Notes under the pieces: generated by a model
What the model was told of the DNA's origin: nothing
The model's input: the letters and a program-made list of their open reading frames with translations, nothing else
Databases searched by the model: none
Shown here: positions 1-11,736 of the stretch, in pieces
How positions within the stretch are numbered: position 1 is the stretch's first letter
How the letters are laid out: the number at the start of each line of letters is the position of its first letter
Translations under genes and position numbers: made by a program
Source: Schmidtea polychroa
Taxonomy: Eukaryota
Reading direction: 5' to 3'
Assembly: GCA_044892525.1 (NCBI GenBank)
Contig: CM097888.1
Span: forward strand, 34,844,001 to 34,908,000
Length of the DNA: 64,000 nt

Positions 1-1
1 C

Positions 2-181
2 AAAAATTTATCAAAATGTACAAATGAGTCGTTATCAATTTCAATTGGTTCTTACAATATTTTAGCTCAATGTCATTTAGTCAATAATTATTTTCTTTAT
101 GAAAATTGTGATAAAAAATTTCTTGATTGGCCAATTCGATGGATAAATATTAAAAAAGATTTGGAGAATTTAAATTGTGAT
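2..181 (+). CDS. angel: Angel/CCR4-like EEP phosphatase copy 1, exon (5' end lies outside the window)
   Basis: The frame from nt 2 reads KNLSKCTNESLSISIGSYNILAQCHL...ENLNCD, with the EEP SYNILAQ motif. It ends at a GT donor at 182 (45-nt phase-0 intron 182-226). Confidence 0.9.
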
Positions 182-226
182 GTGGGTTTAACTTGATGAT
201 GAGACTTTGATGAGTTTTTTGTTTAG

Positions 227-296
227 ATTTTCTGTCTCCAAGAAGTAGAAATTACACATTACTCATCTGACATAGAACCAGCAATGCTTCATTTAG
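227..296 (+). CDS. angel: Angel copy 1, 70-nt exon (IFCLQEVE...MLHLG)
   Basis: tttag acceptor at 226; encodes the metal-binding LQEV motif; G|gtacgt donor at 297 (phase 1). Confidence 0.9.
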
Positions 297-639
297 GTAC
301 GTGTTAAGATTTTGTGGTACAATAATTGTAATCGGGGTCATCCATATTTTCATAGTTCTTATTGTACTTGTTTTTTGGATTCGCCTCCTTGCATGCGTAC
401 AAATAAGTTTCTCCACCGCCACTAAATAAGAATGTATGTTCACAAATTAAAATTAAATAATCCACTTAGAATCCTACAATATTAAAACTTTTTCACACAA
501 TTCTTTTCAGATTTTAATTATAATTATAATTCAATTTAAAAACCATTGATATCTATTTAGTCACTCGCCATCATTATGTTGATGATATCTAAATAATAAA
601 AATTGAATAATTATTGTTAAATTAAATAAAATGATTGGG

Positions 640-1430
640 TGGATGTATAAAATAAAAGGTATGTTACTCCATAACCCTGGAAAGTAGGAGCCAGTAGAAG
701 AAATGAGAAAACAAATGAGAAATGGCAAAGAATTGAAAAAAATCAAATAATGAATAAGGTCATTTTTTATAAAAAGTACAAAGGAAAGAAAGGAAAACAA
801 AAACAAAGTCGAAATTAAATTTAAAAGAAACTGGATCACCGGGGAAGCAATGAGATGGCGTTACATATCTCGACAGCTGTCAGAAATATTAGAATAATTG
901 GAGAGGAGCAAACGAAATGTGTGGGAAAATATATTGAAATTGAAGTCAATATCAATAAGTGCCATTAGATAGTGAACTATAAAGGAAATACGACTAGGAT
1001 TGAAACAGCGTTAAAAAGTGAAGAAAGAAATTGAGAGAAACGAAGACATGCTAGAATTTGTAAAAAGAAGAAAACAGAAATTCTAAGAAAAGGAAGAATA
1101 TAAAATAAAAACAAAACCCAACGTCAATTACGAAATTACAGGAAAAGCGATTTAAGAAGTTAAAATTATTGATTAAATTCGAGTCAAAGCCAATAAACTA
1201 ACTAGATCAAATTTACAGATTATTGAAACCAGAAACAGTAGTCAATAAGTTGTGAGTTCCAAGTTGTATTGTAATAAGCACTCAATTTATCATTGTAACA
1301 GATAATTCATTGTGTCGCTGTAAATTGGTAATCAATTGTGTTAATCAATAAAGTTTATATTGTCTGGGGTTCGTTATTATTAATAAAGATGGCACGTTTT
1401 GGAGTCAAATCAATCTAGAGACAAAATGAT
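640..1430 (+). mobile_element. Solo-LTR-like sequence A (boundaries approximate)
   Basis: Purine-rich strand with AATAAA and a GT-rich end. Shares TTGTAATAAGCACT with about 31000(-) and CACG..GGAGTCA with about 33520(-), 38185 and 39310. Confidence 0.45.
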
Positions 1431-1791
1431 CAGATTCTGGGATTTGGTCAAAAATTTGTGGTTTCGATTCCGGGTAGAGTCGAGTTTCTTATATGATACT
1501 GATGAGAGTCAAATAAGCTCCAAACTAGCCTACTATTAGAAATTGCATTAAATATTACTTGAAAAATTTTATTTCAAAAATTGTATTTAATATCAATAGT
1601 TAAACAACCTTATTTCAATATTTATTAAAATAATAAAATATAATTATTTTTCCTTCTATTGAATGTGCAACTTAGATTATGGTTTTTCATCGTTCTGATC
1701 TCACTTTTTCTTTTGCCTTTCTTGACAATATTACTGATATTTAATGCTTTTCTTCCGAATTATGTCTAATTCTCTGATAAACTTTATTTAA

Positions 1792-4444
1792 CCCTTTAAT
1801 GCATATGGACTTAAATAAAAGTCCATGAAGAAATGACTCGTAAAACATATCCATGATGATGTGACAAAGCAGAAAATGTGTTGTATATTAAGTATGGGGA
1901 TAGTATAACATGAAGTAACGATATGTAGGACAGATAATCATTTTTTATATAATATTTTATGATTAACATTTGTTTAATTAATGGAAAATTTTGGAAAATT
2001 TTAAAACGCTGTTTACGTGGATTTGTATAGGTAAGAATGATTTATTGTCATGTTATTATGAATTCTAAAGCTGCTGTAAGACAAATTAAAGTAATTCCAA
2101 AAAAATTAAATGGCGCATTTGTTGGAATGCAATGTTTTACTGATGGACTTTAATATAAGTCAGCATGCATTAAGGGGTAATTAAAAACCAGTAATTCATA
2201 CTTTCTTTATCTTTTACATAAACTCATACATTAGGGGGTGGGTGGTAGGGAGTCCCCTAACCCCCAAACCCAACCCTAAAAATAATTTCGGACCATTCAT
2301 ATTTTATTGTTTACATACTATTTGCATATTTCAAATTAAATTTTACGAATTACTTTTACTTATTGCAGGCAAATGAAACCTCCACAACGTAAAGCTAAAA
2401 GTATAGCTCAAATGCGATTCGAAAAGAAGAAATGAGTTGCTGATACGCATTTGGTATTACCAACAGCTGAAATAAGTGACATTAGTGGCGATGAAGAGGA
2501 GGAAGAGCTGATAGATATTGAGGCACAACACCTTGCTGAGTACGAGTTGGTGGATATAGATGAAAATGAAGAGGCGCCTGAAGAAGATCTATATGAAACA
2601 CTGCGTGAGGAATATAGATGGAGGAAGCATGCTCCAGCTGAGCAGAATACGATGTTTGAGGACATGCAGAATGATGATCATGAAGAAGATAATGACATGT
2701 ACTCTCCTTACGACTTTGCCAAAAAATTTTTTACCAACGAGCTTATCAGTTTGATTGTGGCACAATCAAACATGTACTCTGTTCAGCAGACTGGCAAATC
2801 TGCGTATATTACCAATGATGAAGTGGAAATATTTATAGGTAAGCGGACTGCAGATTGTTTATATTCATTGACTCGTGCAATGTATTTCTTATCGCATTTC
2901 AGGGATACTTCTGCTGATGGGGGTATTCAGACTGCCTCAAAACCGTATGTATTGGAGTCCGAGTACATTCGTTCCCCGAATTGCCAATTCAATGACTAAT
3001 AACCGCTTTGACGAAATCAAAAGATTTTTGCATTTCAACGACAACGCCCTGTTACCTAACCGTGAAAGCCCACATTATGATAAACTGTATAAAGCACGAC
3101 CCCTCCTTGATTACATTCGTAAAGTATGCCTCAGTTTGCGAAACACGGAGCATCAGGCTATTGACGAGCAGATGATACCAACAAAGTCACGTAATCCGGT
3201 GAGGCAATACCTTCCTAATAAGCCTTCCAAGTGGGGAATTAAGGTTTGGGCTCGCTGTGGTGTAAACGGATTGTTATTCGATTTTGAAATTTACACAGGG
3301 AAGGCAAATGCCCACCACAGCGCTTTTGGGATTGGTGGAGATGTTGTGTTAAAACTTTGTAACACCCTTCCAACAAGCGCGACAAATTACAAGTTATACT
3401 TTGATAATTACTTCAGCAGTATACCTCTTCTAATACAACTGCGTCAATTGAACCTATGGACGGTGTGCACTATTCGAAAGAACCGCACAAAAGGTTGTGA
3501 CAAGTTTTTGGAGAAAGAGACTGCTCTTAAAAAACGTGGAAGAGGGAGTATTGATTGGCGAGTAGAAGAAAATTGCAACGTTCTGGTATTGCGGTGGATG
3601 GATTCTGGTGTCGTTCAGCTGGCCAGCAATTACCTGAATGCGGATTTGGGAGAACAATGTGACCGATACAACGCAGAAAAGAAAGAGCGTGTGAAAGTCG
3701 ACTGCCCCAAAATTGTACAAGTGTACAACAAACACATGGGTGGAGTGGATTTGCATGATATGTTGGTATCGTTGTATCGGGTGACTTTAAAAACTCGCAA
3801 GTGGTATCTTCATCTCTTTTTTTACACATTAAATGTGATGGTAGTAAACGCTTGGATTCTTCACCGAGATCAAGAAAAGCGATTGAAAACATCCAAGAAG
3901 AAGCGATACACTGTGTTGAAATTCGTAACAGAGGTTGCCGATTGCTTCCTCTCTGTGGGTAAAACTGTGAAAACTGTGTCTCAAAATAAGAGAAAAAGAT
4001 CCTTCACGCCAGTTGAAGACATCAGACACAATGGAATTGGACATTGGCCAATTTATCTTTCTAACCAGCAAAAGTGTCGACTATGTATGGATCTCAGGAA
4101 AGAAAAAGTTGGACGCACTATGGTGAAATGCTCGAAATGCGACGTCAACCTCTGCTTGACTCATGATCGCAACTGCTTTTATGACTATCACATTAATTGA
4201 CTGTTGTTTATGTTCTACTACACTCACAGACTTTTCTGGATGCATTGTTAAGTGTTTCCCTTTACTTGTTGTTATTGCTACCCTTAATGCATGCTGACTT
4301 ACATTAAAGTCCAACGAATAAGTGTACTCAAATGCGTTCTATTTACTCATCGAGGCACAATTGTCCATGAGGATACTCCGAGGAATAAGATTTAAGTCAA
4401 AAAACTTGAAAAAACCTGAACATACAATTCCATGCATTAAAGGG
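1792..4444 (+). mobile_element. Full-length piggyBac DNA transposon in Angel copy 1 intron 2
   Basis: TTAA TSDs at 1788-1791 and 4445-4448; 13-bp TIR CCCTTTAATGCAT / ATGCATTAAAGGG; encodes a piggyBac transposase. Confidence 0.95.
2373..4200 (+). pseudogene. piggyBac transposase, join(2373..2838,2903..4200), 587 codons with one in-frame TGA at codon 21
   Basis: ATG 2373 is in frame with ORF 2451. A GTAAG...TTTCAG intron at 2839-2902 joins EIFIG|ILLLMG. The DDD triad (AIDEQ, YFDNYF, GGVDLHD) and C-terminal Cys-rich domain (CRLC...CSKCDVNLC...CFYDYH) are intact. TGA at 2433-2435. Confidence 0.9.
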
Positions 4445-4581
4445 TTAATGAAATTTCGTTAAATTATTCTGTTTATTTCTTTATTGGATAATATGAAAAA
4501 TGTTTCAAAATATTTATTTTCAAATTTTTTACTTATTTTTATCAGTATTTGGAGAAGATTTTGATCATTCAACGAAAGACG

Positions 4582-4622
<41 letters not shown>
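4582..4622. repeat. (ATT)n microsatellite
   Basis: Run of attattatt repeats. Confidence 0.9.
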
Positions 4623-5549
4623 CATTTTTATTATACAATAAAACAACAATGTAAATGTATTTTAATATTCTGAATTTCCCGTGTTCATTCTATGAATATT
4701 CTTCAATGCAAATACAGGCAGCAGATGGTGAATTTATTGAATGTGTAAATTTATTAAATTGAAATATTTGGTTCATATGAAATAATTATTTCACAGATAA
4801 TTTTGTATGTATGAATGTCTCATTATAAAAGATTAAAAATACATCGTGTTTGATTAAATTTCTTAAAATATTTGCGGTTGTACTTTCATCCTATGTTGAT
4901 ACTGCATTCAACGAAATATATCTACTGAACAAATATATTATGAAATGAGTTCAATGAAAAAAGTATAAATGGTTAAATGAAAGAAAATAAGGACAACATT
5001 TATTGTATTATATTTTTTTTCAAAGCCAATTAGATATTTAAAATCATAGAATTTTTACATTAATCGATAATTGTTATATATACACAGGATGCTAGGAAAA
5101 GGTGGTACCGAATTTTATTTGTGTGTAATACTCATCACAACAAGCATAAAATGTAATAATACTTTTAAAAGAAGCATTTCCAGACCCGTATTTTTTAGAA
5201 TTTTATGCTTTTCTTGACACCTAAAATCTGGTACCACATTCATTTAACACTATTTATATATTAAAAATTTTTTTAAATAAAAAAATTTTAGAAAAAAGTT
5301 ATTAAAAAATATTAAAAAATTGAAAGATAACAAAATTTTAAAAATAAATAAAATTTTAAAAAAATATTAAAAATTCAAAACAATTTTTAAATAAGGTAAG
5401 AATTCAAATTTTTGTAATCCATGCAATGTAATAAGTCAGTAGGACTTCGTGTATTCCAGTATAATTTTTCATTTTCTTCACGTTTCTGCTCTTTGAAAAA
5501 TTTGCTTAAAACAAATCATTTTTTAAATATTACGTTTTTTAAATTTTAG

Positions 5550-6397
5550 GATATAAAGGATTTTTGTCTGCAAAATCTGGTGCAAAACCTGATGGTTGTG
5601 CCATATTTGTAAAATTAGATAAATTTAATTGTGACCTATCAATTTTCGAAACTTTACTATTTCATCACGATGAGCTTTCAGTTTTGTCAACTCACAATGT
5701 TGGTCAAATAGCTTTATTGTCTCCAATATCGAATCCTGAATCGAAGATTTGTGTCGCTAATACACATCTCTCATTCAATCCTAACCATGGAGAAATCAAA
5801 CTAGCAGAATTAAGTCTCCTTTTAGCTCGGATTGATGCCGTCTCTAATGCTCACCAGGAATCAAATCGAGAATCGGATTCTTATTATTTTCCTATTATTC
5901 TCTGTGGAGATTTTAATTCTGAAGCCAAATCAGATATCATTAAATTCATTACAGATGGAAGTTTCGATTTCAATAAATCATTTGCATCGGAAATCTCTGG
6001 TCAAAATGAGCAAGCGTTCTGGGGAGAAAAAAGTCAATCTTTGTTATCTATGAGTGAGCTACCTCCTAGGTTAGGAATTAGTGATCAAATGATATTCTCA
6101 GAAAATTCTACGGATTTATCCGTTGGAACCGGTCTATTTAGTCATAATCTCAAATTAAAATCTGTTTACGAATACAACGAAGATAAATCAAGATTAGTAA
6201 CATCTTATGTCAACTCAACGAGCTGCTCGGTTGATTTTATATTTTATCGCAATGTCAACTGTTTATCTCGATTAGAATTAGTCTCATATTTGAAATTACT
6301 AAATTCTGAAGAATTTAGCAGAGTTGGTGGAATACCTAATGAGTATCACGGTTCAGATCATATCCCTATTGTTGCCAGATTTAGATTGATTATATAA
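5550..6397 (+). CDS. angel: Angel copy 1, last exon
   Basis: The tttag|GA acceptor at 5549 restores the frame (G|GA TAT AAA GGA). Motifs KPDGCAIF, VANTHL, LCGDFNS, VDFIFY and GSDH are all intact; TAA at 6395-6397. Confidence 0.92.
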
Positions 6398-6983
6398 CTN
6401 NNNNNNNNNNNNNNNNNNNNNNNNNNNNNNNNNNNNNNNNNNNNNNNNNNNNNNNNNNNNNNNNNNNNNNNNNNNNNNNNNNNNNNNNNNNNNNNNNNNN
6501 NNNNNNNNNNNNNNNNNNNNNNNNNNNNNNNNNNNNNNNNNNNNNNNNNNNNNNNNNNNNNNNNNNNNNNNNNNNNNNNNNNNNTTTAAATTATCTGTTT
6601 GTATAGATAACTTTTGTATAAAATTAGATATATTTCTGTTTCAATATTTATCTCACTGTAAGTGTTATTTTTTCTTAGCATAACTTTAAAATTATAGCTG
6701 ATATAGTCCTAGCACATTTCTCATATTATCACTGGTGAACAAAATCTTATGCTGTCTTTCAAACTTTGAAGCTTCTTGGCATTTAAAATGTAAGAACAAA
6801 AAACTCATCTAACTAATAGCTGATATAATATAGCAAGACTTAGCTTTCCTGTTGAAGTGAAATTTATTCATTAATGTTAATTTCTTTTAGTCTTAGTTAT
6901 GTGGAAAGGGCTTTTCGTTTTTGTCAGCATTGAAAACTAAAAATAGTTATCTTTTCATGTAACTTTATACAACTTTAATATTA

Positions 6984-7199
6984 CCGTATTTTAGCGCATA
7001 TAACGCGCGTGGTATCTGATTACAATAAACAATAAAACCGATGGTAGGGTTACTGTCACATCATAAAAATATTTCCACTGGCAATGCCGCCACGTGTAAA
7101 ATATAAATCATAAAGCGCGCACAAACAGATACCGCGCATGGGGGGTGCACGGTTTGTAAAAATGCGTATAACGCGCGCGTTATATGCGCTAAAATACGG
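6984..7199. mobile_element. pogo/Tc1-type MITE, 216 bp
   Basis: 26-bp perfect TIR CCGTATTTTAGCGCATATAACGCGCG flanked by TA on both sides (6982-83, 7200-01). Confidence 0.9.
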
Positions 7200-7749
7200 T
7201 ATCTTAGGCAAATTTCACGTGAACAATAAACATCCATCAAGTTACGAAATTGGGATTTTGGAATGTAGTTATAAAAAACGTTCTTGGCAATTAAGGCCTA
7301 TAGAGGTTTCTGTTGTGCTCGTTTTTTTCATAACTTATTTAATATGACGCCATTAACTACAGTTTTAGAATCGTTTATCTAATGTGTTTGTTTGGTTGAA
7401 GATAATGTTTCATCCAAAGGTAATTCGGACAGCTTTGCTGTATCGTCTATTACATAATTCCACTTAGTACAAAATTAAATATATTTCTAGTAGATAGAAG
7501 GGAACCAATTTAATTTTTTCAGAAATGCGACTGTTAAAACATGAGTTATATGATGCGTCATGCTTCAGAGAACCTAGGCGATAAGTCATGAGTCACACTT
7601 TATTTCAAAAATTAAAACAGACCCTCATTGATATAAAAATATTTAACAATTAAATAAAATCAAAAAGAAAAAATTATCAAAATAAATGTGAACGAATGAT
7701 TTATTGCAAACTTCTGTGCAATGAAAAGACAAAAAAGTTTGGAAATAAA

Positions 7750-8300
7750 GTCAAATTTTTAGATAAAGAATGAGGAAGGAAATAGCTTGATAAAATTACA
7801 GTTATAGTGCTACGATGGGGAGCGTTTCGTCATTTGTTCGAATAAATGTGTTAAATAAAGGAAAAGCAACCTCTTGAAACATGGTACCTTGGGTACTGCA
7901 TCCATGATCTAAATTTGGTTATAAACAATTCATCGTCTGGTATTATAAACATATTTCGTGACAACATTGAATTATTACACTTATTTTCTCCAAAAGTGTT
8001 AAATATTGGTCTAACTTAAATGAGGAAACTGAAATAGAAATAAACTAGATGACCAAGATTAGTTTTCATGTAACATAAAATGAAACAGAATTTTCGAAAA
8101 AAGTAGAAATCACAGAAGACATTCATAGTAGAACGTGTAATTTTTTTGATGAATTATGTACTTCTAAGGAACCAAGTGACCCTACAAAACGCTTCAAAAT
8201 CACAGAGTTCAAAAGTTCCCTCGATATTATTATTGAACCATTGAAAACAGATCTCAGGGTATTTCGAAAGTTGTTAATTTGTTTGCTTGTATTAAAAACC
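7750..8300 (+). mobile_element. Degraded hAT transposase remnant
   Basis: Broken frames give CYDG and YCIHDLNLVINNS, resembling the hAT QCYDG and HC-AH-LNL motifs; many stops. Confidence 0.45.
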
Positions 8301-8620
8301 TAAAAAAAATTCCATTCATACCAGACAGTGAAATAATAGAAGTGTTTAATCAGAAAAAATCTTTTATTTTGTTGTACACTTTTTTTATTTTTTATTGGAA
8401 AGCGGGACTGAATACAACGTGTAGAAATAAGATTAAATTTTTTTGTTCTGCAAAAGCCGAAAAACCTTCATCAGGCTCAACCATTCCATGTATTCTTTGA
8501 TTAATCTCAATAATTATTGAAAAATATATTTAATTTAGTTACAAAATGATATATTTCACATTTGAAGCTATAATTTTAAAAGGTTTATTAAGATAATTGT
8601 AATAATAATTATTAATTCAT

Positions 8621-9477
8621 TTAAACAATCAATCTAAATTTGGCCACAATAGGGATATGATCTGATCCGTGATACTCATTAGGTATTCCACCAACTCTGC
8701 TAAATTCTTCAGAATTTAGTAATTTCAAATGGGAAACTAATTCTAATCGAGGTAAACAGTTGACATGACGATAAAAGATGAAGTCGACATGGCAACTTGT
8801 CGAGTTGACGTGAGACGTTGCCAATCTCGATTTTTCAGGTTTGATATATTCGTAAACTGATTTTAATTTCAAATTATGACTGAATATACCCGTTCCAACA
8901 GACAAATTAGTTGAACTCTCTGAATTAAATAATATCATTTGATCACTAATTCCCAACCTTGGAGGTAGCTCACTCATGGATAACATTGTTTGCTTCTTTT
9001 CGCCGTTGAATGCTTGCTCATTTTGACCAGAGATTTCCGATGCAAATGATTTATTGAAATCGAAACTTCCATCTGTAATGAATTTAATGATATCTGAGTT
9101 GGCTTCAGAATTAAAATCTCCACAGAGAATAATAGGAAAATAATAAGAATCCGATTCTCGATTTGGTCCCTGATGAGCATTAGAGGCGGCATCAATGTGA
9201 GCTAAAAGGAGACTTAATTCTGCAAGTTTGATATCTCCATGGTTAGGGTTGAAAAATAAATGTGTATTAGCAACGCAAATCTTTAAATCTGGATACGATA
9301 TTGGAGACAATAAAGCTATTTGACCAACGTTCGGAGTCTTCAGAACTGAAATTTCCTCGTTAAAAAATTCAACAGTTTCAAAAGTTGATAAATCGTTACT
9401 AAATTTATCAATTTTCACAAATATGACACAGGCATCACGCCTGGGAAAAGCTTTTTTTGAAAGGAATCCTTTGTATC
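8621..9477 (-). CDS. angel: Angel copy 2, last exon
   Basis: Acceptor ag at 9479-9478 on the minus strand, then G|GA TAC AAA GGA. Motifs RRDACVIF, VANTHL, LCGDFNS, VDFIFY and GSDH; paralogous to 5550-6397. Confidence 0.92.
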
Positions 9478-10429
9478 CTAAAATTAAAATATTTAAAATG
9501 CGACAGTTAATAATTGAATTGAATTGTTAATTTCTTTTAAATAATTATTCCTTATTACTTAAGGTTGTTACCTCTCCCGGTTTTGAATGCTGTAATCCGG
9601 GAAACCATCTTGATTTTCAAAGGGTCTTAGATCTATGGTGGAGTAATAAAAATGTTGAAAGGGTGGCTTAATTTTGACAATATTACCCTCACATTTTTAA
9701 ATCATCCATTTAAGAAACAAAAATTTTCATTTCTTTATCAAAGCATTATTTCTTGACTTTTTAAATATATTTTTATGTGTTAAAGTAGATGAAAGCCCAA
9801 TAAATTACAACAAATGTGGACATATTTTGAAGCAGGTGTAAAATGCTGACGTCTGCTCGGTAGCCAAAAGCGCTTTATACTGTTGACTCTTGGTAAACAG
9901 GGTAAGCTTCGTAGTGTTACCAAAGTCAAACTAAGTTGTTTGCTTATTTTACTTGAAGAACCAGTGAGTTGTACAAGGAAGCTTGTACTTTATAATTTTA
10001 TAGTGATAATAGTGATAGTCGTTCACAATCATACGGTCTGCTTATTTCGTCATGGTTCTTCAAGTTTAATTAAAGGTTTTATCACAACTCATTCAACTTT
10101 TATGTGAGTATTCGTATTGTCTATTTTTGTGACTTGTTAGTGTGTTATTGTAATGAAATAGGTAGGCAGTAATTAATTTTCTCTTTCCTCAAGAGCTCAT
10201 TTGTATTTATCATCTAGTGTTCCTATTTTAGTACATTTCTTATATGCGAAACGTACAAAATTTTTAAATTTGTAGTTGGTCCTTGTAAAAAATGGTTTCT
10301 CATCTCTGCAATAGACCATTGAAATAATTTTTTAACATATGACCCTATATTTATCCTTCCCTACCTTGTAATACTTCAATCTCAAAATCTTTAGTGTTCG
10401 CACATCTTCTAACGCATCAATTGTCTTTG

Positions 10430-10720
10430 CATCTTGTCTAAAATGAAGTTGGGGTTACAATTTCAAGACAGCGGATCATTAGTTCAGTAATCATTTCAGA
10501 AATAATGAATATAGATTATTATTGTGGTCAAACCTTGATACGTTGATTGCATAGATAAGCCAAGACAAATGTGAAAATGTATACTTTCAACAAGATAGCA
10601 CGAAAGCACATCCAGGTCGTTATCTGATATGTTTATTGGATGAAATCTTCATGTGTCATGTAATTTTGAACTCAAACTTCACTTTTTATCAACTTGGTAC
10701 CACGAATTCCATCAACAAAA
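10430..10720 (+). mobile_element. Tc1/mariner (rosa/maT-like) transposase remnant; second copy at about 13700-13990
   Basis: WPNLD...NVYFQQDSTKAH resembles the FWP.LD...YFQQDGA..H catalytic region. Confidence 0.5.
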
Positions 10721-11031
10721 AATAGAAAATTAAAATCATATATAACTTTAATATATTTTGTACAGTTCTTTATCAAGTGTTATTAACTGTCTATTTATAT
10801 ATTAAATTTATTGGTTTATATCCTTGTGCAAATAAAGAGAAAAGAAATGCAAATTTTAACACTTGATCTGATGTTATAAATGTTTACTGGCTAATTTCTT
10901 TATTATGGCAGCAAATACCATTACAAGATATTATGGTGTTATAAAGGTAATAATTGTAATAATTATGATAAAAATTCCAAGTTATAAATTATATTAAAAT
11001 AATATCATTAGAAATAAATATTTTTCAAATA

Positions 11032-11484
11032 CACCTAAACCTCGATTTGCGTCGTTAATTGGGACCCTAGAAAGACAATGCAAATCTAAATCATTTATCG
11101 TATGTGTTTATACCAGTTTTTTAATATATTGTGATAAATCTCATGAAAAAAACTAAATTTTATTAATAAAAACATGTTTTTATATCATAAGTGTATGAAT
11201 ATCAACAAAAACTTTAATTCATTATAAATTAAAACAAAAGTTCGCTTAATTCATAAAAATTATAAATTTATTAAATAATTTTTTAAATCCTTTAATTCAT
11301 TTTAAATTTAAAGACCCCACATTTTTGTGCATTGTTGCGTGATTTATCTTTTTTGATTGGTCAAAATAAATTTTATTTGTGGTCTCTAAAAATTTTACAT
11401 CTTAAAAAATTAATAAAATTTAACAATGCAAATTGAAATTTTAACGACGCAACTTTGAAAACGATGCAAATCGAGGTTTAGGTG
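11032..11484. mobile_element. Tc1/pogo-type MITE, 453 bp
   Basis: 19-bp TIR CACCTAAACCTCGATTTGC with TA flanks. Absent from the duplicated copy at about 14455 (empty site). Second family member at 40781-41285. Confidence 0.92.
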
Positions 11485-11621
11485 TATAATATAATTGTAA
11501 TTTTTTAATGTATATTTTATAAATAACTGTTTTTCAGTTTCAAAAAGTCATTTCCTGTTTAATTAATACTGTCTTAAAATTTATAAATTAATTAGTTTTT
11601 TCCAAAGATCTTAAAACATAC

Positions 11622-11691
11622 CTAACTGAATCATTGCCGGTTCAATGTCAGAGAAAAAATATGCAATATCAACTTCTTGTAGGCAATAAAT
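11622..11691 (-). CDS. angel: Angel copy 2, 70-nt exon (IYCLQEVD...MIQLG)
   Basis: Same size and phase as 227-296; tttag acceptor and G|gtatg donor; 45-nt intron 11692-11736. Confidence 0.9.
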
Positions 11692-11736
11692 CTAAACAAA
11701 AAATACATCAATTTCTCCTCATAAAGTTAAACCAAC

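Larger units (their letters stand above)
10303..11728. repeat. Segmental duplication, copy a (part of Angel copy 2 intron 2, exon 2 and most of intron 1)
   Basis: Near-identical to 13568-14703 apart from a MITE present only here and a segment of about 160 bp present only in copy b. Confidence 0.92.

Noticed and set aside
561-839. Hydrophobic 92-aa membrane-like ORF
   Set aside because: It is the pyrimidine-rich antisense of a purine-skewed LTR-like sequence; F/L/I richness is expected from composition alone.
2433-2435. Alternative genetic code or stop read-through (TGA in piggyBac, TAGs in CSTF3)
   Set aside because: Intact host genes contain no internal stops, the lesions are of different codon types, and the CSTF3 stops come with frameshifts.
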